Source: a virus. Taken from it: a stretch of DNA of 64,000 bases. A model generated the notes under the pieces. The model was not told the origin of the DNA, did not search any database, and saw only the letters and a list, made by a program, of their open reading frames with translations. This document shows, in pieces, positions 1 through 8,859 of this stretch; position 1 is the first letter of the stretch; each line of letters begins with the position of its first letter. The DNA lies in the IMG/VR virus record IMGVR_UViG_3300030497_000008, positions 64,001 through 128,000 of that record; one strand, 5' to 3'. The position numbers and the translations under genes were made by a program.

Positions 1-128
1 ACCCAGAAGACATCCAAGTTGTCATCGACGGTAATACTGCAATCATCAACATCGTAGTACAACCATCTCGTGGATTGGATTACATCAACGTATTCCTTTC
101 TTACAAAGATAACAAAATGTCTGCATAA
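1..128 (+). CDS. Tail sheath protein, C-terminal fragment (truncated by window edge)
   Basis: Frame from nt 3 reads PEDIQVVIDGNTAIINIVVQPSRGLDYINVFLSYKDNKMSA*, typical of a Herelleviridae sheath C-terminus; lies directly before the tube gene. Confidence 0.85.
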   Translation, partial: PEDIQVVIDGNTAIINIVVQPSRGLDYINVFLSYKDNKMSA

Positions 129-130
129 TC

Positions 131-150
131 AGAGAGGGTTCGCCCTCTCT
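131..150 (+). promoter_or_regulatory. UUCG-tetraloop hairpin between sheath and tube genes
   Basis: AGAGAGGG-TTCG-CCCTCTCT perfect 8-bp stem, no U-tract. Confidence 0.7.
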
Positions 151-178
151 ACCATAATAAAATAGGAGTGATTGATAT

Positions 179-607
179 ATGGCAAGTTTAGCTAACCAAA
201 CAGTCCAATCAGCAAATACCGTATATTTCATGATTAAAAACGTTCCGATTGCTCGTGCTCAGTCTATCAGTTCAGAGCGTTCATTCGGTACTCAAGGTGT
301 TTACGAGATTGGTTCTATCATGCCAAAAGAGCACGTTTACTTACGTTACGAAGGTACTGTTACGGTAGAACGTTTCCGTATGCGTAAAGAAAACTTAGCA
401 GCTTTAGGCTTCGCGGCTTTAGGTGAAGAAGTACTACAAATGGATATCATGGACATCGTACTATACGACAACATCACATCCGAAGTAGTTATCGCTTACC
501 GTGGATGCTCAATCGATACATACAGTGAATCTGTATCTGTTGGTGAAATCAGTTCAGAGTCTGCTCGATTCTACTTCTTGACATCAGCAAACGTTCGTTC
601 TGCATAA
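179..607 (+). CDS. Tail tube protein
   Basis: MASLANQTVQSANTVYFMIKNVPIARAQS..GVYEIGSIMPKEHVYLRYEG matches Twort/SPO1-like tube proteins; follows sheath. Confidence 0.9.
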   Translation: MASLANQTVQSANTVYFMIKNVPIARAQSISSERSFGTQGVYEIGSIMPKEHVYLRYEGTVTVERFRMRKENLAALGFAALGEEVLQMDIMDIVLYDNITSEVVIAYRGCSIDTYSESVSVGEISSESARFYFLTSANVRSA

Positions 608-611
608 TTAG

Positions 612-637
612 GAGACTATTAATTTAGTCTCTTTTTT
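612..637 (+). terminator. Rho-independent terminator after tube gene
   Basis: GAGACTA-ttaatt-TAGTCTC followed by T6. Confidence 0.85.
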
Positions 638-680
638 ATTTACAGAATGTTTTCACAATTCACTCTTCCATTTCGTTATA

Positions 681-708
681 TTTACACAACTATTACAATT
701 CCTTTACA
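681..708. promoter_or_regulatory. Three phased OmpR-family (WalR/PhoP-type) half-sites
   Basis: TTTACA-caact-ATTACA-attcc-TTTACA; reverse strand reads TGTAAA-N5-TGTAAT-N5-TGTAAA, matching the WalR consensus TGTWAH-N5-TGTWAH twice. Confidence 0.6.
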
Positions 709-783
709 AAAAGGAAAACTACTAGTATATGTGTTACATTAGAATAGAATACATAAAAAACTTGGAGAAGGAGTCATGATATT

Positions 784-1446
784 ATGAAAACATTAAGGAC
801 ATTAGCCGCTACATTGGTAGTCGGTGCAGGAGTACTATTAGCAGGAGGTCACGATGCAAAAGCTGAGGAAGTAAGTGTAGTAGATTATCTATACCAGAAG
901 GGTGAGAATCACTCGTTTGATAGTCGAGCACAGTTAGCAGCAGATTACGGTATTCAGAATTATGTAGGTTCTGAACAACAAAATATTAACCTATTAACGT
1001 TACTGAAAGGTGACATGGGTGAAGTATCTCCTAGAGCAGAGCAAGCAGCTAGAGATAATGTACAAGCTGCAAATAAGCAACCACAACCTAAGGCTCAAGC
1101 TGCACCTAAACAAGAGGTACAAAAAGCAAAACCACAAGGTAAAACAATTACAGTGGTCGCAACAGCTTATACAGCAGACCCAGCAGAGAATGGTGGTACA
1201 TACGGTGGAGTAGTTAAAACAGCAACAGGATTTAATTTAACAGCAAATCCTAGCGCAAAAGTAATCGCAGTTGACCCACGAGTAATTCCATTAGGTTCTA
1301 AAGTATATGTAGAAGGTTACGGAGAGGCAATGGCACTAGATACTGGTGGCGCAATCAAAGGTAACCGCATCGATGTATTAATGCCAAACAACAAAGTATC
1401 GAATGACTGGGGACGAAAAACAGTTAACGTTACAATCTTAAACTAG
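784..1446 (+). CDS. Secreted 3D-domain cell wall protein (YocH/Sps-like lytic transglycosylase family)
   Basis: N-terminal signal peptide (AKA-EE), SVVDYL..NHSFDSRAQLAADYGI..Y.GS..QNINLL module, Q/P/K linker, C-terminal 3D domain (ATAYT..IAVDPRVIPLGSKVYVEGYG.A.A.DTGGAIKGNRIDV). Confidence 0.9.
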   Translation: MKTLRTLAATLVVGAGVLLAGGHDAKAEEVSVVDYLYQKGENHSFDSRAQLAADYGIQNYVGSEQQNINLLTLLKGDMGEVSPRAEQAARDNVQAANKQPQPKAQAAPKQEVQKAKPQGKTITVVATAYTADPAENGGTYGGVVKTATGFNLTANPSAKVIAVDPRVIPLGSKVYVEGYGEAMALDTGGAIKGNRIDVLMPNNKVSNDWGRKTVNVTILN

Positions 1447-1452
1447 TACATA

Positions 1453-1483
1453 AAGGCTGCCCGAAAAATGGGTAGTCTTTTTT
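1453..1483 (+). terminator. Rho-independent terminator after 3D gene
   Basis: AGGCTGCCC-gaaaaat-GGGTAGTCT plus T-run. Confidence 0.85.
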
Positions 1484-1511
1484 CTATGTTATAATTAAAT
1501 TATGAGACAAG

Positions 1512-1521
1512 TGTTATATTA
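1512..1521 (+). promoter_or_regulatory. Putative phage late promoter TGTTATATTA
   Basis: Variants at 732 (TGTTACATTA), 18790 (TACTATATTA) and 44870 (TATTATATTA), all just upstream of genes. Confidence 0.55.
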
Positions 1522-1547
1522 TTAATAGAAAACTAGGAGGTAATAAA

Positions 1548-1979
1548 ATGAATTTAGACCCAAATACAGTGCAAAGTGAGATTGCTCATTTACAAGAGCA
1601 GCCGACAAGAGAGGAAAGAGAAGCGCAAGAACAGCAAGAAAAGCGTGATATCATTGATAGAATTATCCGTGGTAAGAACGATGTGTTTATCAAAACATAT
1701 GATTTACCAGACTATGACTTACACTTCACAATTAAAATTAAAGCACCTAACGCAATCGAAGTAGGTCGTATCCAAGCGATGACATCTGGTTACTTAGGAG
1801 GCATGAATACATATCAATCACAATATTTCTTAACAGTGTTCCAAACATTAGCTGCGATTCGCATATGCGGACAAGATATCCCAGACTACCTTAAAAATGA
1901 TGAAGAGATTTATAACCTAGAGGTACTTTACGAGATTGGGGTTGATTATGCTAAATGGCTAAATTCATTTCGCAGATAG
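1548..1979 (+). CDS. Tail assembly chaperone (gpG-like)
   Basis: Between tube and tape measure; IIDRIIRGKNDVF.K.Y motif of Herelleviridae chaperones. Confidence 0.8.
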   Translation: MNLDPNTVQSEIAHLQEQPTREEREAQEQQEKRDIIDRIIRGKNDVFIKTYDLPDYDLHFTIKIKAPNAIEVGRIQAMTSGYLGGMNTYQSQYFLTVFQTLAAIRICGQDIPDYLKNDEEIYNLEVLYEIGVDYAKWLNSFRR

Positions 1980-2607
1980 TATTCAGAAACACGGAGGGCT
2001 AAAACAATTAGCACGTGTTCCTTATATGCGAAATCTGTGGGCGCTGCTTACAAAGTTCGAGACACTACCAACTGATGAGAGCTTTAGGCAACTATCTGAT
2101 TTACAGGTAGATTTAATGCTTTACTCTATGACAGAAGATGCACGTGAAATCGAACGAGCAAGACGCGGAGTTACTGGTGAAGAAGACCATTACGATTCAT
2201 CATTCGAAGACGAAGTATGGAACAAACCTGTCGGTGAATGGGAAGTACTTAAAGACGGTCACGACCCTAACGAGATTGCTAGACAAGTTGAAGCTCTTAC
2301 TGCCGAGAAAGATAGAAAAGACCTTGCAGGTCGATTCGACGGACTTGAGGACTACAACGAGCATATCGAAAATGGCGGCATGACTAGTCGTGAGTCGGAA
2401 GTATCTGCACACATCGCTAGACAGCTTGCAAAAGCCGAAGAGCGAGCGAAAGAACTTACTGAGGGCAAACCATCTGGTAAACGATTTATCGATGATACGG
2501 AGCTTGCTGGTGAGTCTGACGAGGGATACAATCCACTTAATAAAGCTGCGATGGATAAAGCAATCGCAATGTTCGAAGATGAGGATGATGAGTTTACAAT
2601 GCTTTAG
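1972..2607 (+). CDS. Tail assembly chaperone extension (gpT-like), probably read via a +1 frameshift (ORF track start 2026)
   Basis: +1 frame is open from 1963 through the first ORF's stop; ATG 2026 has no properly spaced SD; directly precedes tape measure. Confidence 0.75.
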   Translation, partial: ADSIQKHGGLKQLARVPYMRNLWALLTKFETLPTDESFRQLSDLQVDLMLYSMTEDAREIERARRGVTGEEDHYDSSFEDEVWNKPVGEWEVLKDGHDPNEIARQVEALTAEKDRKDLAGRFDGLEDYNEHIENGGMTSRESEVSAHIARQLAKAEERAKELTEGKPSGKRFIDDTELAGESDEGYNPLNKAAMDKAIAMFEDEDDEFTML

Positions 2608-2638
2608 GGGTAGGGGCGCAAGCTTCCTGCCTTATTTT
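2607..2638 (+). terminator. GNRA-loop hairpin / weak terminator before tape measure
   Basis: GGGGTAGGGGC-GCAA-GCTTCCTGCCTT then ATTTT. Confidence 0.55.
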
Positions 2639-2661
2639 AAATAAAAGGAAGGTGAAAAAGT

Positions 2662-5600
2662 TTGGCTAATAGAGAATCGTTTATTTTTGATGTAAACGCC
2701 GATATATCGCAAGCCATGTCTGGTTTAGAAAAAGTTAAACGAGCTATGGACGATATTGATTCACTTCGTAAAAAAGGTGAAGGAAAAGGTCGTACCACTT
2801 CTAACAAAGACATGTTAGATGCAATGCGTATAGCAAAACAAGCAGCTCAAGAATATAGAAATCTTCAAAAGCAGCTAAAAGATTTAGATAGACAAATCAA
2901 GACATCCTCTAACAAGATGTTAAACAAAGACCAGTCTGCTGAGTTAAAGAAACGCACAGGTCTTAACATGAACACCAAGAAGGAATATCAAAACTTCATC
3001 AAGAACCAACAACGTGAAATGAAGCGTATGCAAGACAGTATCAGACGAGCTCAAAACGACATGGCGCGCTTTGGTCAAACATACTCTAAGAACTTCCAAA
3101 CGAACTACCAGCAAAAAGGTATCATGCACGTTGATACGAAGAATTTAGGTGAAGCGAAGAAAGTTGTTCAAGGTGTCTTAGATGAGACACGAAAAACATC
3201 TGGGGAATTAGACGATGTTATTAAAAAGATTAAAGAAGCGAAGAAGCTGGATAGACGTGCAGAGAGTTTATCTCGTAGAGCAAGTGCGTCTAACTATATG
3301 TCACATCAACAAGCATCTAACTTCACGAAAGACTTGAACACTTCACGTGTAGACTATCGTAACTATAAAGATGCTAACGTTACTAGGTTAACACAAATCT
3401 CAACAGATATCACGAAGTTTGCTCAACAAATTTCTGACATCGAGAGGAAACCTAATGCTACTCAAGATGATATCACTAAGCGTAGTAAATTGCAAGAGAA
3501 TATTGCAGCATTAGATAGAGAGTGGTCTGCTCGTTCTGAATTGAACAAAATTCTGGAAGAGACTACAGCTAACATGGAACGATACAATCAATCCTTACAA
3601 GGTGTAGAAAAGAAACCAGAACGTGGTACTTGGAGAGGTATGGCTTATGAACGTGCTCCAGCTATCGCACTAGCAGTAATGGGAGCAGTAACAGCCGCCG
3701 TAGGTAAGCTTTATAACCAAGGTGGTTCGTTAAGTAGAGAGATGCGCGGTAACGAAGTTTACATCGGACAACAAACTGGTGAAGCTGGTGGCTCTTGGAG
3801 AAGTAACGTCCGTAACAACGCTATGGAAGCAGGTCTTAAAAATAGACTAGGATTCACAGGCGTAGAGATGTTAGGATTCCAAGAAAGCTATTTAACAGCT
3901 AAAGGTTTCACAAACCGCAAAGACTTGACATCAGCGATGGAAGGACAAGCTACATTTAGTCGAGCAACAGGTATCGATGCATCAGAAACGAAAGACTTCT
4001 TCAACACCGCTTACCGTAGTGGTGGTTTATCTGGTCTTCAAACTAAATCATTCCAGAATGCGTTCTTAGGAGCGATAAAACAATCTGGTATGGAAGGTCG
4101 AGAAAAAGACCAGCTTAAAGCCTTAGACGGTATCTTGAATGGTATGTCACAGAACCGTTCTATCTCTTCTCAGGACATGATGAGAACAGTAGGACTACAA
4201 TCTGTTTTAGCAGGTTCTGGTGTAGGCGCACTCCAAGGTAGTAAGGGTGGAGCGTTAATGGCGAGTATGGATGAAGGTATCCGTAAAGGATTCGATGACC
4301 CATCTCTACGTGTACTATTCGGTCAAGGTACGAAGTTCCAAGGTATGGAAGGACGTCGTGCTCTGCGTAAGCAAATGGAGCAAGGAGTATCAAACGTTGA
4401 CAATGTTAACACCATGATTGATGCAGCTATGGCGCAAGGTGGAGGTAGTCGAGACGCACAAATTGAAGCTTTAACATCATTAGCTCACCGCATGGGTATC
4501 GATATGAGTGACCAGCAATCAGAAGGGTTATTCAAGCTTAAGGAACAAGGTAAGCTTACAAAAGGCAATATCGATAAAATCATGAAGGATAGCGCTAAGG
4601 AAGGTGCTAAAGAATCTAAGAAACGTCAAGAAAACTACGAGAAGTCAAGCGCAGCTACAGACAGTCAGAGTGAGTCAGTAACCGCTAAACAAGCTGTAGG
4701 TATCAACGATATGGGTGAAGCCGTTCGTAAAGCCAACGCAGCTCTAGGTGGATTACCAGCTCCGTTATATGCAGCAGTCGTAGCCGTAGGAGCATTCACA
4801 GCTTCTATGTTAGCCGCAGCAGTAGCCTTTAGAGGCGCTGGGATGATTCGTGGTGGTCTAGCCCAAACTTACGGTAACGGAGGCGGAGGCGCTGGTGGCG
4901 GTGTAGGTGGTGCTGGTCGTGGCGCTGGTACAGCCGCAGGTGCAGGAGCTGCCGCATCACAAGGTACATTTGCAGAAGGTGTAGTACCATCTACAGGCGG
5001 TGTATCTAACGGTGCAACCAGACAGTATCAAGGTGCTAACAACGGCGGTATCTTTAGCGGTATCAAGAACTTCTTCGACCCTAGCGCTAGAGCTGGTGGA
5101 TTACCTAACTTAGGTACTGGAGAAGCACTTGCAGCAGGAGCAACAGTGGCAGGTGGAGCGGCAGCAGCTAATAGTTTCCCTAACCTATTTAAAGGTGGGT
5201 TAAAAGATAGCGTAGCTCTTAAAGGTCTTAATAAGATTATGCTACCTCTTGCAGCACTATCCGCTTACAGTACAATTACTTCTGCACCAGATGAGAAGAA
5301 GGGAGAAGCAACAGGAAGCGCAGTAGGTGGTATCGGTGGTAGTATCCTTGGTGGAGCGGCAGCAGGTGCAGCAGCAGGTTCAATAATTCCGGGGGCTGGT
5401 ACACTAGTCGGAGGCGCTATTGGTATAGCTGGTGGGCTTCTAGGAGGTCTATTAGGTAGTTCTGTCGGCGGAGGTATCGGTAGTTGGTTCGATTCTGATG
5501 AACCTAAAGATACAGCTCCAGCAGAGATGACTAGCGAGCCTACAGTAGCACCTACGAACACATCTAACGTCACAGGAGCTCCATCCGTTTCAACCATGCC

Positions 5601-6543
5601 TAACGCTAATGGTGCAGTTGACGTAACTACAATGCCTAATATGGGAGGCACAGCCAACCAGATTACAAACATGGTAGATAAAGAAAACACGAACACGAAA
5701 AAGCAAACGGAAGGTAAGAAAACGGACAACCTTGCTTACGAACGCGAGAACTTATCCCTATATGAACGTATGTTGTTAAAGGCAGAGCAGATACTTGCTC
5801 AAGCTAGAGCGCAGAACGGTATCATGGGTATGGGTGGCGCTGGAGGTGCTAGTGGAGCTAACGGTATTAACGGCTTCACTGGTGGAGGTTCATTGAAGTT
5901 CTTACCAGATGGTCAGAAATGGTCAAATAGTAACTTGACACAACATGACTTAGGCACAACAGACCAGAAGCTAACAGCCGAAGACTTAGACAGTTGGATT
6001 AACTCTAAAGCGCCAGAAGGCTCAATGATGCGCGGTATGGGTGCGGTATTCTTAAAAGCTGGACAAGAAACTGGACTTGACCCACGTTACTTAATCGCAC
6101 ATGCGGCTGAGGAGTCTGCTTGGGGTACATCTAAAATCGCTAGAGACAAGGGTAACTTCTTCGGAATCGGTGCATTCGATGACAGCCCATATGCAAGTGC
6201 CTTCGAATTCAAAGACGGTTCGGGTTCTGCCGCCGAGAGAGGTATCATGGGTGGTGCGAAATGGATTGCCGATAAGTACTACGGAAAAGGTCGAACAACT
6301 CTTGACGCGATGCATAAAGCTGGGTACGCAACAAACTCTGATTGGGCTACAAACATTGCAAGCATCATGAAGGGCGCACCGTCAGGTTCGGGCTCTGGTA
6401 ATGTAACTGCCACAATCAACGTCAACGTTAAAGGAGATGAAAAAGTATCTGACAAAATAAAGAGCTCTAGTGACATGAAGAAAGTCGGTACAAACGTCGG
6501 AAACATGTTAGGGTTCTTCTCTAGAGAGATGGTAGTGGTGTAA
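2662..6543 (+). CDS. Tape measure protein with C-terminal glucosaminidase (GH73-like) domain
   Basis: 1293 aa, helical then Gly/Ala-rich; C-terminal GLDPRYLIAHAAEESAWGTS..NFFGIGAFD..YATNSDWA; TTG start with AAGGAAGG SD. Confidence 0.9.
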   Translation: MANRESFIFDVNADISQAMSGLEKVKRAMDDIDSLRKKGEGKGRTTSNKDMLDAMRIAKQAAQEYRNLQKQLKDLDRQIKTSSNKMLNKDQSAELKKRTGLNMNTKKEYQNFIKNQQREMKRMQDSIRRAQNDMARFGQTYSKNFQTNYQQKGIMHVDTKNLGEAKKVVQGVLDETRKTSGELDDVIKKIKEAKKLDRRAESLSRRASASNYMSHQQASNFTKDLNTSRVDYRNYKDANVTRLTQISTDITKFAQQISDIERKPNATQDDITKRSKLQENIAALDREWSARSELNKILEETTANMERYNQSLQGVEKKPERGTWRGMAYERAPAIALAVMGAVTAAVGKLYNQGGSLSREMRGNEVYIGQQTGEAGGSWRSNVRNNAMEAGLKNRLGFTGVEMLGFQESYLTAKGFTNRKDLTSAMEGQATFSRATGIDASETKDFFNTAYRSGGLSGLQTKSFQNAFLGAIKQSGMEGREKDQLKALDGILNGMSQNRSISSQDMMRTVGLQSVLAGSGVGALQGSKGGALMASMDEGIRKGFDDPSLRVLFGQGTKFQGMEGRRALRKQMEQGVSNVDNVNTMIDAAMAQGGGSRDAQIEALTSLAHRMGIDMSDQQSEGLFKLKEQGKLTKGNIDKIMKDSAKEGAKESKKRQENYEKSSAATDSQSESVTAKQAVGINDMGEAVRKANAALGGLPAPLYAAVVAVGAFTASMLAAAVAFRGAGMIRGGLAQTYGNGGGGAGGGVGGAGRGAGTAAGAGAAASQGTFAEGVVPSTGGVSNGATRQYQGANNGGIFSGIKNFFDPSARAGGLPNLGTGEALAAGATVAGGAAAANSFPNLFKGGLKDSVALKGLNKIMLPLAALSAYSTITSAPDEKKGEATGSAVGGIGGSILGGAAAGAAAGSIIPGAGTLVGGAIGIAGGLLGGLLGSSVGGGIGSWFDSDEPKDTAPAEMTSEPTVAPTNTSNVTGAPSVSTMPNANGAVDVTTMPNMGGTANQITNMVDKENTNTKKQTEGKKTDNLAYERENLSLYERMLLKAEQILAQARAQNGIMGMGGAGGASGANGINGFTGGGSLKFLPDGQKWSNSNLTQHDLGTTDQKLTAEDLDSWINSKAPEGSMMRGMGAVFLKAGQETGLDPRYLIAHAAEESAWGTSKIARDKGNFFGIGAFDDSPYASAFEFKDGSGSAAERGIMGGAKWIADKYYGKGRTTLDAMHKAGYATNSDWATNIASIMKGAPSGSGSGNVTATINVNVKGDEKVSDKIKSSSDMKKVGTNVGNMLGFFSREMVVV

Positions 6544-6562
6544 TTCCATCCATCTCTTTTTT
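6525..6562 (+). terminator. Terminator overlapping tape measure stop
   Basis: AGAGATGG...CCATCTCT followed by T5. Confidence 0.65.
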
Positions 6563-6583
6563 AAATTAAAAAGGAGGTAAAGC

Positions 6584-8824
6584 ATGGTACAAATACAGAA
6601 ACGGTATCCAACAATTGAGGTAAATCTAATTACAGAAAATACCTCATACGAAATTACATACGATACAAAGAAACAGTTATCTTCGGACAGCTTCGAAAAT
6701 GCAATCATTAGTTTAAGTACCAAGAATAGTATGGGTGATGATAGTCCCGCATTCTCTATGATTGTTACAGCCGTAGATAAATGGGATAAGATAATCGGAG
6801 CAAACGACCTTATCCGTATCAAAGCTATACCAGACGTTACAGACAAAGTACCTGATAATCCTTGGATAATGGTTGGTATGATATCAGATATCAAAAAAGA
6901 AGGGGAGTACTCAAACGGTACACTTGTATATCGTATTACTGGACAAGCAATGACAAAAGCATTAATCAATTTCCAAGTAGGTGTAATTCAACAGTTCGCT
7001 GCATTAGCCCCAGACCTTGGTTGGTTACCAGATGGTACAGAGCAAGGATTACATTTCTCTGGTAAATCTGCTGCTAGTATCGCTAACGAACTAATGGATA
7101 GATTCTTGTATAAATATGCCCAGTATGCATTCAACGACGGTAAAGGATTACAAGACTATTTCACACATGAATTCAAGAGCTGGGAAGACGCAGAGTCCTT
7201 ACAAGACCCATCACCATTCGTCAACTATCAAGGTAGTTTAAGACAGTTCTTAGAGGACATCGCAGCGAAACCATTTAATGAATTATACTTTGATTTCACT
7301 AAAGATGGTAGATGTATCGCATTGATGAGACCAACTCCATTCGACCCTGATAACTGGAATCAACTCCCATCGTATTCTATCACAAGTGATATCGTATTAC
7401 AGGAGTCAGTCGGTAAAAATGATGTGGAAGCATTCTCAGTGTACGTAGTAGAAGCTCCTAACATCGTAGAGTACACAAGCTTAGACTTAGGTGTATATCC
7501 TCGATTCCATCCAGAGCTTATCAAGAAATATGGATATAAGAGATTAGATGCTCAGAATAGATATTTAATGACCGCAGATAAAGCAAGACAAAACAATGGT
7601 CAAGCAGCAAACGGTACACCTGCTACAGGCGGGAGCACAGGCGGTATGCCAACACCTACCCCTATGACAATTACTCCAGCCACAACACCAGCTACAACAC
7701 CATCCGCACAACCATCGTTTTCTCAGGTCGATGATTTCTTGTCAAGTAATAACTTTAAAGACCCAGAGATAATACGTAAGAACAAATCTCAGTTGAGTGC
7801 GGCGATAAAGTCGGCATTCCCGACGATGACACAATCCATGACAAACAGCATTGTAGATGCTCTTCAAAGTAACACATGGAATTCTGATAGCTATACTCAG
7901 ATTGTTAAGGCTGCTACAGGTGACGTAAACGGTGCTACAACGAATGAGAAAAGTGCGGACAATGTAAAGTTAAAAGACTTCACAGATAGACTATTTAACT
8001 GGTACTGCGAGAACCCTAACTTCTACAGTGGCGATATCCGTGTTCTTGGTAACCCAATGTTCCGTGTAGGTACTAGATTACTATACGAAGATTTCGAACA
8101 AGAAACAACATGGGAATTCTACGTAGAATCCATTCAACACGAGTTCTCCTTTACAAGTGGTTATTCCACTATATTAGGAGTAACAAGAGGTTTACAGGAC
8201 TCTGGACAGAAACGTTTCAGTAACTTATGGGGTAAATCAGAAGACTTCAAAGGCGGATACTTAGGTGAAGATACTGTAGCAACTCTACTAGAGAAAGCAA
8301 AGAAAGCTAGAGAAGCTATGGGACAAGGAACTGGAAATACTGGAAGCGGCGGTATGGGTGGAGGCGCTGGTGGCGCTGTGGCAATGCAAGCCCTATCTAC
8401 TGCACGAGAGATGACATCTAAACCTTCCGTATACGTATTCGGTGGCGGACGTTCTGGTAACAATCCGTTCTTAGGTTCTCCGATTAAGATTGACTGTTCT
8501 TCATTCGTATGGTGGTGCTATAACCTACACGGAGTACAGCTTAACGGTGGGGCTACGGGAATGACAACAGATACCATCGCTAAGGATTCAAGGTTGCAAG
8601 TAGTTAGTCCGCGAGGAGGAGATAAGAAGGCGGCGATGTCTCAGTTAATGGAGGGAGACATAATCTATTTCGATACCTACAAATCGGATGGTCATATCGT
8701 TATCTATTCGGGTAATGGTAAGTTCATAGGCTCGCAGAGTAGTAACGGCATCAAGGAGGAAGACCTAAACAGCTCATATTGGCAAAAGGTGTTCAACGGA
8801 CACGTAAGACGGTTTGTAGGATAA
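6584..8824 (+). CDS. Baseplate hub / tail lysin with C-terminal NlpC/P60 peptidase
   Basis: Hub-like N-terminus; C-terminal YVFGG..IDCSSFVWWCY..GDIIYF..GHIVIYSGNGKFI catalytic Cys/His motifs. Confidence 0.88.
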   Translation: MVQIQKRYPTIEVNLITENTSYEITYDTKKQLSSDSFENAIISLSTKNSMGDDSPAFSMIVTAVDKWDKIIGANDLIRIKAIPDVTDKVPDNPWIMVGMISDIKKEGEYSNGTLVYRITGQAMTKALINFQVGVIQQFAALAPDLGWLPDGTEQGLHFSGKSAASIANELMDRFLYKYAQYAFNDGKGLQDYFTHEFKSWEDAESLQDPSPFVNYQGSLRQFLEDIAAKPFNELYFDFTKDGRCIALMRPTPFDPDNWNQLPSYSITSDIVLQESVGKNDVEAFSVYVVEAPNIVEYTSLDLGVYPRFHPELIKKYGYKRLDAQNRYLMTADKARQNNGQAANGTPATGGSTGGMPTPTPMTITPATTPATTPSAQPSFSQVDDFLSSNNFKDPEIIRKNKSQLSAAIKSAFPTMTQSMTNSIVDALQSNTWNSDSYTQIVKAATGDVNGATTNEKSADNVKLKDFTDRLFNWYCENPNFYSGDIRVLGNPMFRVGTRLLYEDFEQETTWEFYVESIQHEFSFTSGYSTILGVTRGLQDSGQKRFSNLWGKSEDFKGGYLGEDTVATLLEKAKKAREAMGQGTGNTGSGGMGGGAGGAVAMQALSTAREMTSKPSVYVFGGGRSGNNPFLGSPIKIDCSSFVWWCYNLHGVQLNGGATGMTTDTIAKDSRLQVVSPRGGDKKAAMSQLMEGDIIYFDTYKSDGHIVIYSGNGKFIGSQSSNGIKEEDLNSSYWQKVFNGHVRRFVG

Positions 8825-8859
8825 CAATGCTATAATTAAGAAAAAGGAGGAATAACTAC

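Noticed and set aside
4840-5490. GC-rich GGN/GCN repetitive stretch
   Set aside because: It encodes the Gly/Ala-rich part of the tape measure protein and is not a foreign element.
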